Below are positions 1-9,600 of a stretch of 64,000 bases of DNA, piece after piece (within the stretch, counting starts at the first letter, position 1; each line of letters begins with the position of its first letter). Under the pieces are notes generated by a model. The model saw nothing but the letters and a program-made list of their open reading frames with translations, ran no database searches and was not told the DNA's origin. Source of the DNA: Minisyncoccota bacterium (GTDB lineage Bacteria > Patescibacteriota > Minisyncoccia > Phycocordibacterales > JABMNX01); assembly GCA_026195275.1 (NCBI GenBank), contig JAPHQU010000001.1, positions 12,318-76,317 on the forward strand, in the 5' to 3' direction. Made by a program: the position numbers and the translations under genes.

Positions 1-913
1 CGAGAAGAGTCGCGCAAGCGTTGGAAACGCAGCAACCGAATAACTCACTCCGATGATTGCAAGTGGTACCGCCTGAAGATTAAATGAGAGACTAAAGACC
101 GTGATCGATCCTTTCGCCATAAGAGAGGCGATGGAGATCAAAAAGAGAAGTGCGATATGTTGCGCTGAGAGTGCAAGGGTTCTTGGGAGTGAGAGAGTGA
201 CAACGTCCTTTAACTCACGCATATTGAAACGCACAGTGATTCGTGAAAGGAATCCGCGCGCCGCAACGAACGGAAGCTGAATCCCTGCGTGAAGTACGGC
301 ACCGAGGAGCACACCATACCCAAGTCCAAGTAAGCCAAGCGAGGGATAGAAGAAGAGTACTCCGATTATGATACCGAGATTATAGAGAAGTGGGGTGATG
401 CCATAGAGCACAAAACGACCGTAGACCTGTGTTACACTCCCAAAAATATTCGATATACCGAGCACGATTGGTTGGAGAAGAAGAAGACGCGTAAGTATGA
501 TGAGGGTATCAAAATGTACCGAATCAACTAATCCGGGGAAGAGGCGCGGAAGTATGTAGGGTGCGAGAAAGAACAGCACCAAACTAACACCACTAATAAA
601 GAATAGAAACGCGGAGAGAATATGTCCGATAAAACGGCGCTGACCTTCCTCTCCATCCTCATTCCTGCTTAAAAACGGAATAAGGGCATAAATGGATACC
701 AGAGAAGCAACAGAGACAAAGACCATATCCGGTAAACGAAATGCGGCGTAGTATATATCGAGCACGTCTCCTGCGCCAAAATAGTGCGCAAGCAGTCGGT
801 CACGCACTAACGCCAATACAGCGGACAGGAGCGCAAAGATACCTAAGAAATATGCGGCCGCATGCAATCCTCGGATCTCTCGATGAAGCAGTGAAAGAAG
901 GTTGCGCACCATA
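1..913 (-). CDS. murJ: Lipid II flippase MurJ/MviN family, N-terminal part; gene runs off the window start
   Basis: Minus-strand ATG at 913. The translation MVRNLLSLLHREIRGLHAAAYFLGIFALLSAVLALVRDRLLAHYFGAGDVLDIYYAAFRLPDMVF matches the MurJ N-terminal signature (G-x-V/L-RD...FGA...D-AF/Y-x-AFRLP). Multi-TM protein. Not in the ORF track because it is open at the edge. Confidence 0.7.
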
Positions 914-920
914 ATATAAT

Positions 921-3269
921 CTACTCAGTAGCCGGCAGCGCTTCCAGTGGATCAACAGGAGGTGCGAAGTTCTGAAGTGGCGCTCGACCGGAGATTAGGT
1001 TCTCAATGATCACATTGACCTCTGTATTATTCGGGTCGAGCGATTGGATCGTAGTGAACTCCCGAGTTGCGTCAATCCGACGTCCTAGCTCATAGTATGA
1101 GAGTCCGAGGAAATATCGGGCGTTCGCGTACTGCTCATCAAGTACTACTGCTCGCTCAAGCGCTGCAACAGCATCCTCGTAGTCTGCCCTACCGTATCGC
1201 AACAATCCAAGCCGAAAGAAAACAAGTGGGTCGTTTGGTGCAAAGATCGCCGCAGTCTCAATGGATGAGATTGCGTTCTCGACATCGCCTTCCTGCACCT
1301 CTATCTGAGAGAGCAAAAAGAGTGCATCAGTGTAATCTTGCTTGATCTTTAGTGAAGCCGTAATGTGTGATCGTGCGTCTTGGTTATTCCCTGAAAGCAT
1401 CTCAACCCGAGCAAGATTAAGTTCCGAGAGCGGGTTGTGTGGATTGAGTGCAAGAACCTGCTCATAGCTTATCTTTGCGTTCTCATACGCTCCCTCAACC
1501 TTTAGTGGCACGAGTGACTCGTAGATACGCCCAAGGGCGATCCAGTTAAGATAATTCTGATTGTCGATTGAAACCGCGCGTCGGCCGCTCTCTATAGCAG
1601 AGCTAAGCACCGCTTGAGCCTGTTGCCCCACCTCCTCCGGGTCGCCGTTCTGATTGAGTATCTCGGAGAGTCGAAGGAGGAGAACCTCGGCTGCCGACCG
1701 GTATACCCGATCACTTTCATCCCACATACGTGCGCGACCTATCGACTCCTGGGCACCAGTAAGATTGCGATCTATGTTTGCTGCAATATGTGCTCGACTC
1801 AGATATATCCCCGAAGTGAATTTTGTGACCGAAACATACACACCGACGACCAAGAGAATACAGAGAGCAAAGAGAATAACCACTCCAGCAAAACCAGCCC
1901 TCACGTTCTCCTGAAAGACAATTTCTTTCTTGCGCACAACCCCAGCCTGCCCTTGTGCAGCGACAAAGACCCCGGTGAGAAGAAATGCAAAGAAAAACAG
2001 TGTTGGGTGTGGTACATAGAAGATTGAGAGTACCCACAAGAAAACCGCTCCGACAAATGATGAGAGTAAGAGATACGTGTCGAAGATCTTCTTCCTTGCT
2101 TGGGTCAAGACGCGTAGACCACTGAAGAGGAAGATGCCGAGGAGCACGACCCACGTAAAGACGCTGAGTATTCCCTGGGTAACAAAGAAAGTAGGAATCG
2201 TACCAACACCAAAGGAGAAGTCTGCATTCCAGAACGGTGTTTGGTTCACACTCAGTGGCTTATGGATCAGCCACTCTTTTGAGAAGTTGTTTGGTCCAAC
2301 ACCAAAGAATGGCGTTGTGTCATATGTCTTCTTCAATATCTCGGTTGTACTCTGCCAAGACGGTCGCGCCTCAATCTGATAGAGACTAAAGTATTTACTG
2401 ATGTGTGTCTCAAATACTGGTGCTGCGAAGATGCATACGGTCGAGATCACAAAGAGAGCGAGATACACCTTTGCGATACCCCTGGTCTTCTTCTGACTCA
2501 AATCTATTGAACCTCCTTCTCTTTCTTGATTAGTAGTAAGGACCCGGTTTTCAATAAAGGTGCGAATGAGAAGCGCGAATGAGAGGACTGCAAGGACAAC
2601 CCACACGAGAGAGAAATTAACCACCACAAGCATAAAGAGCGCGAGAAGGAATCCTGTATAGGCGAGTACACGGAACAGTCCACGAGGATTAAGTGTCTCG
2701 ATTGTTACCGAGGTGAGGAGTGTTATAAGTCCCGCGAAGATCGCGACATCGTTCCATTTTCCAATTAGATTGGCAGTACTTCCAGACAATACCGACAATG
2801 AAAGCATGTCCTCACCTAAAAAGAGTCGGGCCACCTGAAAGACAAAGAGTATTAATGCCGATCCAATCATGGCAAGATACAGTTTGATGATCTTGTCTTT
2901 CGAATTAAAAAGAAGCGCTCCAACACCAAAACCAAGAGAGAGAACTAACATCATAAAAGCGGTATCCATCGATAGACTCTGCCCAACAAGAGAGTGGATC
3001 ATATTCCCTGAGAAGACCGCAGCAACGAGAGCAATCAGCGGAAGGGCAAGGAAAGAGATTGACACAAGACTCATAGGGATTGATACCTTGTTCTCTTTAA
3101 GTCGCGCGACCACCCAAAGAAGCGCTACGATAAGGACACCAAAAGAGAGGGTGAATAATTTTGTCTCTTGCTGCGACACAAACAAAATCGGTACAAATAT
3201 AACCGGAAGAAGAAAGACCACGAACATCATAAGTCTTGTTGCAAACGAATCTATTTTTTCACTCATCAT
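921..3269 (-). CDS. Large polytopic membrane protein with C-terminal TPR repeats, possibly O-antigen-ligase/Wzy_C-like
   Basis: 782 aa ORF. The N-terminal about 450 aa are hydrophobic with many TM segments. The C-terminal about 300 aa carry several TPR-like repeats (AYENAKISYEQVLALNP, ARSHITASLKIKQDY, YEDAVAALERAVVLDEQYANARYFLGLSYYELGR). The Wzy assignment is a guess from this architecture. Confidence 0.5.
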   Translation of the reverse strand: MMSEKIDSFATRLMMFVVFLLPVIFVPILFVSQQETKLFTLSFGVLIVALLWVVARLKENKVSIPMSLVSISFLALPLIALVAAVFSGNMIHSLVGQSLSMDTAFMMLVLSLGFGVGALLFNSKDKIIKLYLAMIGSALILFVFQVARLFLGEDMLSLSVLSGSTANLIGKWNDVAIFAGLITLLTSVTIETLNPRGLFRVLAYTGFLLALFMLVVVNFSLVWVVLAVLSFALLIRTFIENRVLTTNQEREGGSIDLSQKKTRGIAKVYLALFVISTVCIFAAPVFETHISKYFSLYQIEARPSWQSTTEILKKTYDTTPFFGVGPNNFSKEWLIHKPLSVNQTPFWNADFSFGVGTIPTFFVTQGILSVFTWVVLLGIFLFSGLRVLTQARKKIFDTYLLLSSFVGAVFLWVLSIFYVPHPTLFFFAFLLTGVFVAAQGQAGVVRKKEIVFQENVRAGFAGVVILFALCILLVVGVYVSVTKFTSGIYLSRAHIAANIDRNLTGAQESIGRARMWDESDRVYRSAAEVLLLRLSEILNQNGDPEEVGQQAQAVLSSAIESGRRAVSIDNQNYLNWIALGRIYESLVPLKVEGAYENAKISYEQVLALNPHNPLSELNLARVEMLSGNNQDARSHITASLKIKQDYTDALFLLSQIEVQEGDVENAISSIETAAIFAPNDPLVFFRLGLLRYGRADYEDAVAALERAVVLDEQYANARYFLGLSYYELGRRIDATREFTTIQSLDPNNTEVNVIIENLISGRAPLQNFAPPVDPLEALPATE

Positions 3270-3401
3270 AAAAATGCTTATTTAAACAGTAGAATACACT
3301 TAACTATACCAAAAAAATCGATTAAAGGTGTCGACTATCTGTGGGTAGAGACACTTTTATCTCCCCTTCTTCTTACGGAGACTTGTGTATTTCATTTTAC
3401 A

Positions 3402-3411
3402 TGGTATAATT
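3402..3411 (+). promoter_or_regulatory. Extended -10 promoter element (TGG-TATAAT) for rnpB
   Basis: tggTATAAT at 3402-3410 lies 7-8 nt upstream of the predicted rnpB 5' end. The 5' end is defined by P1 pairing with the 3' end. Confidence 0.5.
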
Positions 3412-3417
3412 TTATCA

Positions 3418-3814
3418 GTCTGTATTGGGTAGTCGCTCTGCATCATCGTGATGCAGGGAGGAAAGTCCGAACACAGGCAGTAGATTATACTGCAGCAAGG
3501 TAGCGGGTAACGCCCGTCATCGTGCATTGTCTTGGCTTGATTGTCAGAACAGTGCGCTATAGAGGTGCGAGCAGAGACGCTGAAGTTGGAAACAGCTTTA
3601 GGCGCTCCACATGGAGCGTAGTCCCTCACTTGCGAGCAAGTGAGGGGGTGAAACGGCTAAATCCTTACCCCTGTGCAAGGTCGTGTTACCACACCCCACA
3701 AGGTGCGGTAAAGTGCCGCTTGAGGTTGGTGGTAACACCAATCCCAGATAAATGGCTACACATCCATCAATGGAAACAGTGATGGAGGACAGAATTCGGC
3801 TTATAGATACAGAC
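3418..3814 (+). ncRNA. rnpB: RNase P RNA (bacterial type)
   Basis: Contains the universally conserved P4 strand GGAGGAAAGTCCGAACACAGGCAG (3459-3482) and GGGTAACGCCC. The 3' element ACAGAATTCGGCTTATAG matches the ACAGAAYCCGGCUUA consensus. The 5' gtctgtat (3418-3425) pairs with the 3' atacagac (3807-3814) to form P1. Followed by a strong hairpin terminator. No ORF track entry explains this about 400 nt gap. Confidence 0.85.
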
Positions 3815-3818
3815 AACA

Positions 3819-3858
3819 AAAATGAAAATGACTCGCTCAAAGCGAGTCATTTTCATTT
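3819..3858. terminator. Intrinsic terminator hairpin (bidirectional; rnpB and the nrdJ convergent end)
   Basis: Near-perfect inverted repeat aaatgaaaatgactcgct-caa-agcgagtcattttcattt with flanking A/T runs on both strands. Confidence 0.6.
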
Positions 3859-3896
3859 GCCTACGAATGATTGGCTATTGGTTAGATAGCTATACT

Positions 3897-6302
3897 CTAG
3901 ATCTCGCAAGTGCCCGCAAAGCACGCGAGTTCCTTTTTCATCTCAGTCTCATCCTGAAGTTCGTAGGTCATAAGCTTCGAGAAGTCGACGTTCTCAAACT
4001 TCTTAACCATGTCTTCGTATTGTTCTTTTGTGATCTCCTCATACGGTGCGAGTTGGTAGACGAAATTACTTCGCGGGAGGAATGAGAGTCCACCGATGAT
4101 ATCCCAGTTCTCATATACCCAGTTGGCTACCTTAACCCACTCGTCATCCCCAACTGAGATTGTGGTTGACGGATTGTGCTCAGTATAATTTTCTTTCACC
4201 ACCTTCCAGTGTTTGAGCTGGTCAAGTGAGGAGAGGTCATTCTTGAAGACAACACCTTTTGGTGACTTCACCGGGAACTCAAGCACAAACGTGTTTGCGC
4301 TCTCCATGGTCTGCCCCACCTCTGGGTGAAACGGCACCCCTTGATCGCGAAGCATCTTGAAGAGTGAGTCGGTTGCTGAGATTCGAATGCGACGGATGTA
4401 GTATGGTGCGTGGCGCGGGTGCATACCGGACGCACAGTTCACTGTCTGAGAAACTGTTCCTGATGGCTTCACCGCTGTAATCGCGTTTGATGGGTTGACG
4501 CCAAACTTCTTTGAATATTTTTTGTTTACCTTTATTGTCTCTGCTTTGAGTCTTTTGAGTACTGCGTCCTGGCGAACAGTCTTTGAGTCCCACTGCCCCG
4601 TGAGTGACACGCCGAGAAGTCGTTCCGCCTCACAGTTCTCAGTCCACTCCTTTGAGAGATATTGGAACTTTGTGAGTGTTGACTGGTAGGTCCCGAGAAT
4701 GGTTGCCACACGAACCTTTCGGATGAGTGTCTCCTCGGTGTCAGTTGCACGACAGATTACCTCAGAGAGATTACAGAACTGTTTTGACTGCAAGATGATC
4801 TCGCCACACGGGTTAGTCCCTGGGCGATCAATACCGTGTCGCCCGGCGCGATCTGGGTCGTTCTCATATTTGCCTTTAAGATACTCCACGCGGCGCTCAG
4901 GAAGCTGTTTAATCAGGCTACCACGGTTGAAAATACCACGCTCTCCCGCTTGAGACTTCATAAGTGAAAACCATTCCTCCATAAAGTCCATATTTGATGG
5001 CTTCTCTTCATACACTGCCGAGTTATTCGCAAGTGCGCGCTGTGGATCGGTAAGCCAGAATTGCCCAGTCTTTGAGTTTCGAATATTTTCATCATCGAGA
5101 TCAGAGAGCGAAATCATGGCTGAACGACGGACCCCACCAGAAACGATCGCCTCCCCTATCTTACAGAGAATATCGTGTGCATCGATGTTGCGAAGTCGTC
5201 GACCTTGCCGTGAGAGGATACGCTCACGGGTGAAATCAAGAAGCTGACGAAGCGGCTCAGGACCAGACGCCTTACCACCCATGGTCTTGAGGCGTGTGCC
5301 AGACGGGCGCACCTTTGAATAGTCAAAAGAAATATCCTTCCCCTCGAACCATGTCTCCATTCCCAGAACAAGCGCGTCCGCCCACCCTTCCGCTGAGTCG
5401 GGAACAACAAATGCATTCACGGTCTTACCGGTTTGTGGCTTGATCTGTGGTAGCTGCCCCACGTTCCAGCTCTCGACACCAAAGCCAACACCGGCACCAC
5501 GCGACGAGAGGTAGAGCACCTCACCAAAGTCACGAAGTTTAGTTGGTGCAATGTATGAACAGTTGTACGCACAGACGTTACACTTCCGTGCGGCATCTCC
5601 TGCAAATTGCATGAGTCTCATCGAAGGCATCACTTCTTGTTTGAGAATTGTCTCGCGCACCTCCGCATATTCCTTTGCCGAGAGTTTCTTGCCAAGATTC
5701 TCTTTCATAAAGTCCATGTACCGATCAACGGTCTCAATCCATGTCTCGCGCCGACCTTCATCCGCAATCCACTTCGCATATGAACGAAGATACACGAAGT
5801 ATCCAAGTTCGTTACCTTTGAAATATCTTGCACTTTCCGTTGCAAGTTTTTTTACATGCTCAGGGACGACCACACCAAGATCGCGGAGCTTCGCGCGCTC
5901 GGCGCGGTAGAGGATATAGGCCTTCGCGGTCGCCACGTAGTCCCCTAAGATCAACTGACGCTCAACTTCGTCTTGGCAACCTTCAACGGTCGGCATAAAA
6001 TTCTTATATTTTCGCGCAATGCGAACCATATCTGACGCAACACGATGCGCAACCATCGCTGACTCCTCCGGAGACCCTTCCCCGGTAGCGAGCATCGCTT
6101 TGTGAATCGCACCCACGACCTTATCGAACTCAAATGAAACAATTCTGCCGTCCCGTTTCTGGATTTTCGGGATGAATTTTTTATAATCAGCGGCACCTAC
6201 CGCTGTCTTTTTCTTTGTATCGACTTTTGCGTTCATGATTTCATCAATCTTTGCCTGAACCTTGGCATTCTTATCTGTCTTGGCCATATCTAGGATGCTC
6301 AA
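3897..6302 (-). CDS. nrdJ: Ribonucleotide reductase with N-terminal ATP-cone, class II (adenosylcobalamin-dependent, NrdJ-type) suspected
   Basis: 801 aa. ATP-cone at the N-terminus (VQKRDGRIVSFEFDKVVGAIHKAM). Catalytic NPCGEI motif is typical of class II enzymes, whereas class I NrdA carries SNLCxEI. C-terminal Cys pair CFAGTCEI. No nrdB/nrdF partner nearby. The RNR assignment is firm; the class II assignment is moderate. Confidence 0.75.
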   Translation of the reverse strand: MSILDMAKTDKNAKVQAKIDEIMNAKVDTKKKTAVGAADYKKFIPKIQKRDGRIVSFEFDKVVGAIHKAMLATGEGSPEESAMVAHRVASDMVRIARKYKNFMPTVEGCQDEVERQLILGDYVATAKAYILYRAERAKLRDLGVVVPEHVKKLATESARYFKGNELGYFVYLRSYAKWIADEGRRETWIETVDRYMDFMKENLGKKLSAKEYAEVRETILKQEVMPSMRLMQFAGDAARKCNVCAYNCSYIAPTKLRDFGEVLYLSSRGAGVGFGVESWNVGQLPQIKPQTGKTVNAFVVPDSAEGWADALVLGMETWFEGKDISFDYSKVRPSGTRLKTMGGKASGPEPLRQLLDFTRERILSRQGRRLRNIDAHDILCKIGEAIVSGGVRRSAMISLSDLDDENIRNSKTGQFWLTDPQRALANNSAVYEEKPSNMDFMEEWFSLMKSQAGERGIFNRGSLIKQLPERRVEYLKGKYENDPDRAGRHGIDRPGTNPCGEIILQSKQFCNLSEVICRATDTEETLIRKVRVATILGTYQSTLTKFQYLSKEWTENCEAERLLGVSLTGQWDSKTVRQDAVLKRLKAETIKVNKKYSKKFGVNPSNAITAVKPSGTVSQTVNCASGMHPRHAPYYIRRIRISATDSLFKMLRDQGVPFHPEVGQTMESANTFVLEFPVKSPKGVVFKNDLSSLDQLKHWKVVKENYTEHNPSTTISVGDDEWVKVANWVYENWDIIGGLSFLPRSNFVYQLAPYEEITKEQYEDMVKKFENVDFSKLMTYELQDETEMKKELACFAGTCEI

Positions 6303-6445
6303 TTATTGAAGTGTAGTAATGTCCACCCATTGTACATCCTCGACCCACCCTTCTTGAAGTGGAAAACTGTTATAAAAAGACACCAGGGGATAAAAAAAAT
6401 CCTCGGTCAAACACTCCTTCCACAGAACCCCTAAATACAGCTATC

Positions 6446-7018
6446 TTATTGTCCAGCACTACCATCGCGAGGTTGTATGCGGTAGTCAATATGTGCAACA
6501 CTGCCGATTTCTATACCTGCTTCCTCCACTACACCCGCATTTACCTCAAGAATATAGCGTGCGGGCGTCTTGGGTCGATAGACCTGTGGGTACGACTCTG
6601 GAGTCACATTCTCCTCAAAAGCTATAACCCGAAATCGATCATCAAACCAGATAATATCGATAGGAAAGAGCATGCTCCTCATCCAAACACCGTATTCATC
6701 ACTCTTAGAGAACGCGAAGAAGAGACCGTGACCGTCTGGGAGTTTGGGAACGCCCGAAAGGCCTTGTTGTCTGAGGTGCGCGGTATCCGCAATAAATATG
6801 GATACATCTGCCGACTCAAGAGAAAGGCGTAGCTGTGGAGTCTGTAGTATGGTATTTTCCTTATGAGGAATCGAGACAAGTATCGCCGGCACACCAAATA
6901 TAATGGCGGTTGGTAACGAGAGTGCAAGTAAGATAAGACGATTCACGATACTCTTAGTATAATATAGAGCACTGAAGCAGAACAGACTACGTGGAGAAAA
7001 ACTTAAAGGAATAAGCAT
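6446..7018 (-). CDS. DUF192 (COG1430) family protein with N-terminal TM or signal
   Basis: 190 aa with an N-terminal hydrophobic segment. The core GLSGVPKLPDGHGLFFAFSKSDEYGVWMRSMLFPIDIIWFDDRFRVIAFEENVTPES resembles the DUF192 signature (MxFPIDxIFxD). Confidence 0.5.
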   Translation of the reverse strand: MLIPLSFSPRSLFCFSALYYTKSIVNRLILLALSLPTAIIFGVPAILVSIPHKENTILQTPQLRLSLESADVSIFIADTAHLRQQGLSGVPKLPDGHGLFFAFSKSDEYGVWMRSMLFPIDIIWFDDRFRVIAFEENVTPESYPQVYRPKTPARYILEVNAGVVEEAGIEIGSVAHIDYRIQPRDGSAGQ

Positions 7019-7748
7019 GAAACCAATAGACTACCCAATCCGTATCAACCGCTACCTCTACCTCAAGGGGTATTGTTCACGTCGCAAGGCAGATAGTTTC
7101 ATTGAAAAAGGTTTTGTCACTATAAATGGTAAGCGTGCAGAGGTTGGTGCAAAAGTTTTTGCACATGACAAAGTCGTGGTCGCTAAAGAGATGACCGCAC
7201 TCCCCCGCTCATACAAATATTTTATGTACAACAAACCAGTCGGGATTGTCTCGCACAATCCACAGAAAGATGAGGAGGGTGTCGAGGATGTCTCTGGCCT
7301 CAGCAAGGATTTTGTCTCTGTCGGTCGACTCGACAAGGCGTCACACGGACTCATGCTCCTCTCGAACGATGGGCGTATTGTCGATCGCATGCTTAATCCA
7401 AAGTTTGAACATGAGAAAGAGTACATAGTAAAAGTCGACAAACGCGTCACCGGCACCTTTGTAAACGGTATGAGCCGCGGTGTACATATCGAAGGGTATC
7501 GCACGAAACCCGCAATCGTAAAGAAAACTGGCGAACGCACCTTTACAATCATTCTTACTGAAGGTAAGAAGCATCAAATCCGCCGCATGGTCGCCGCGTT
7601 CGGCTACCAGGTCCTTGACCTTAAGCGCACGCGTATCATGAGCATCAAACTCGGCGCTCTCAAAGAGGGTGCGACCCGTGAGCTCTCAGAAGGCCAGCGC
7701 AAAAAACTCCTCGATGTGCTTAACGTGGAGAATCCAATCTCAACTTAG
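7017..7748 (+). CDS. rRNA pseudouridine synthase, RsuA/RluB family (S4 domain plus PseudoU_synth_2)
   Basis: N-terminal S4-like segment (IRINRYLYLKGYCSRRKADSFIEKGFVTING) and the catalytic motif VGRLDKASHGLMLLSNDG, which contains the family's conserved Asp. Confidence 0.8.
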   Translation: MKPIDYPIRINRYLYLKGYCSRRKADSFIEKGFVTINGKRAEVGAKVFAHDKVVVAKEMTALPRSYKYFMYNKPVGIVSHNPQKDEEGVEDVSGLSKDFVSVGRLDKASHGLMLLSNDGRIVDRMLNPKFEHEKEYIVKVDKRVTGTFVNGMSRGVHIEGYRTKPAIVKKTGERTFTIILTEGKKHQIRRMVAAFGYQVLDLKRTRIMSIKLGALKEGATRELSEGQRKKLLDVLNVENPIST

Positions 7749-7790
7749 TCTAACTAAGTTGAGATGGTAAAAGGCAACCTGTGCGTACCC

Positions 7791-8192
7791 TTACTTCTCT
7801 TTCTTGAAATCAAGTGCGCAGGAGTTGATGCAGTAACGCTTGCCACCCTTCTCTTCTGGCCCATCGTCAAAGACATGTCCAAGATGCCCGCCACACTTCT
7901 TACACACCACTTCGGTGCGGTGCATACCGTGACTGGTGTCTTCTTTAGTCTCAATCGCTTCGGCAACGACCGGGTCAGTAAACGACGGCCAACCGGTCCC
8001 TGAATCAAACTTTGTTTCTGAGGGGAAGAGTGATGCTCCACACGCGGCGCAGTGGTACATCCCCGATTCTTTATTCTCGAGGTATGCTCCACTAAATGGC
8101 GCCTCGGTCGCCTTCTCGCGCAATACCGCGTACTGCTCAGGAGTGAGATCCTTCTCCCAATCGTCTTTGGTCGTATCTTTCATATCATCCAT
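7791..8192 (-). CDS. msrB: Peptide-methionine (R)-S-oxide reductase MsrB
   Basis: SelR fold motifs: CAACGASLF...GWPSF...[10 protein letters not shown], CxxC...CxxC zinc site and the catalytic Cys near the C-terminus. Confidence 0.85.
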   Translation of the reverse strand: MDDMKDTTKDDWEKDLTPEQYAVLREKATEAPFSGAYLENKESGMYHCAACGASLFPSETKFDSGTGWPSFTDPVVAEAIETKEDTSHGMHRTEVVCKKCGGHLGHVFDDGPEEKGGKRYCINSCALDFKKEK

Positions 8193-8258
8193 ATGATCAC
8201 TCTTTATATAGTGATAATCTTCTTTACATCAGTATAAGATATATCCTATCCTAAACAT

Positions 8259-8636
8259 ATGACATGGTATCACCACACCCTCTGGGAACAGCCCTACCTT
8301 GACCTCTGGTCAACGGTACATTTCTCCGCCGGCACTCTGCTTGGATTGATACCGATATTCATCGAGCTCTCCATTGTGGCACTCATCCTCGTTGTCCTTG
8401 CAATCACTGTCGGATGGGAACTCGTGGAGGTCTTTTACGGTATTAAAGAGCACTTCTCAAATCAGATTATTGATGTGGTTGTTGCGGTATTCGGACTCCT
8501 TACGGTCAGCCTTCTTCTCACCACGCTTCCGAAATTACGTAGACGAAAAAAACTGCTAATTAGCATCCTCTTTGGTGTCTTCCTCCTGCTCAACCTTATC
8601 GGTTGGCTCGCGTATCAAAACTATTCTGGGTTGTGA
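8259..8636 (+). CDS. Small integral membrane protein, hypothetical
   Basis: 125 aa with 3-4 predicted TM helices. No recognisable motif. Confidence 0.4.
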   Translation: MTWYHHTLWEQPYLDLWSTVHFSAGTLLGLIPIFIELSIVALILVVLAITVGWELVEVFYGIKEHFSNQIIDVVVAVFGLLTVSLLLTTLPKLRRRKKLLISILFGVFLLLNLIGWLAYQNYSGL

Positions 8637-8673
8637 GTGTAATTTTCTTACACACTATGCGCGTTCCCGCCCA

Positions 8674-8761
8674 TGGCGGAGGAGACAGGATTCGAACCTG
8701 CGATACCTTGCGGTATACCCGCTTTCCAAGCGAGCGCATTCGACCACTCTGCCACTCCTCC
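8674..8761 (-). tRNA. tRNA-Ser (anticodon GGA), long variable arm
   Basis: Minus-strand read: GGAGGAGTGGCAGAGTGGTCGAATGCGCTCGCTTGGAAAGCGGGTATACCGCAAGGTATCGCAGGTTCGAATCCTGTCTCCTCCGCCA. The 7-bp acceptor pairs perfectly. Anticodon stem CTCGC/GCGGG with loop TTGGAAA gives anticodon GGA. Long variable arm, T-loop GGTTCGAATCC, CCA encoded. Confidence 0.8.
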
Positions 8762-8862
8762 GCCATGGGCGGGATCATGATTTACCTTACAATCGCTTCG
8801 CTCTTGTGTAAATCGAGAATAATCTTCTTACACCTTCAATAGCGCGACCATCTCTCTAAGCC

Positions 8863-9585
8863 TTATCTCTCCTTTCTACGAAACGCACCGAGTATCTTCG
8901 CGCGTACCGTCTTATTATGCAATCGATCCTCGATTTCCGAGGACCATACTACTACACGGTTGCGCCCGGTGTCTTTGGCAACATAAACCGCACTATCGGA
9001 ACGGCGCATGTGCTCATCGAACATTCGATCGATTCGCCCCTCTTGCTTGTCCTCATCAATGACCTCATCTTCGGTTGACGACACACCAATACTCACTGTC
9101 ACATTAAGCTTTGGATACTCATCAAACGAAAGTCCTTCAATCCCTGCACGCAGCTTCTCGGCAACCTGTCTTGCTTCTTCTTTGGAGACATCGAGGAGTG
9201 CAACCACGATCTCTTCGCCACCAAAGCGAGCGACAATATCAATGTCGCGAACAGTCTCTTCAAGTGTTCGCGACACACGCTTAAGCACATGGTCACCAGC
9301 TGCATGCCCAAGTGTATCGTTCACCTTCTTAAAGAAGTCAATATCACAAAAAAGAAAGCCAACATGCCGCCTTCTACCGGAGGTATCGAGCTCTCGGTGT
9401 TTATCGCGAAGCGGAAAGAGGAACTTGAGCCGGGATTTCACACTCTCGACAAAGTACTTCCTGGTTTTAAGTTGTGTAAGCTCGTCGTGAATAAGGTCGT
9501 GCTCAAGCTGCTCAACTCGTTTTTTAAGTTTCTTATTTTCTCTTTGAAGCGCGACACAGCTTTGAGGATCTGATTGTCTTTTCAT
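8863..9585 (-). CDS. GGDEF-domain diguanylate cyclase with N-terminal coiled coil
   Basis: N-terminal leucine-zipper-like region (ENKKLKKRVEQLEHDLIHDELTQL). GGDEF domain with active-site RFGGEEIVV (GGEEF) and DxLT ahead of it. Confidence 0.8.
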   Translation of the reverse strand: MKRQSDPQSCVALQRENKKLKKRVEQLEHDLIHDELTQLKTRKYFVESVKSRLKFLFPLRDKHRELDTSGRRRHVGFLFCDIDFFKKVNDTLGHAAGDHVLKRVSRTLEETVRDIDIVARFGGEEIVVALLDVSKEEARQVAEKLRAGIEGLSFDEYPKLNVTVSIGVSSTEDEVIDEDKQEGRIDRMFDEHMRRSDSAVYVAKDTGRNRVVVWSSEIEDRLHNKTVRAKILGAFRRKER

Positions 9586-9600
9586 ATATAATATCTGACC

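Noticed and set aside
3822-4085. ORF 3822-4085 (+) 87 aa and the other small ORFs across 3168-3840
   Set aside because: They overlap the RNase P RNA gene, its terminator hairpin and the 3' end of nrdJ on the opposite strand. They are artefacts of the six-frame translation.
6303-6445. Cobalamin riboswitch or NrdR box upstream of the class II RNR
   Set aside because: No B12-box-like conserved core was recognisable by eye. A B12-dependent enzyme would not be expected to be under a cobalamin-off riboswitch, so it was left uncalled.
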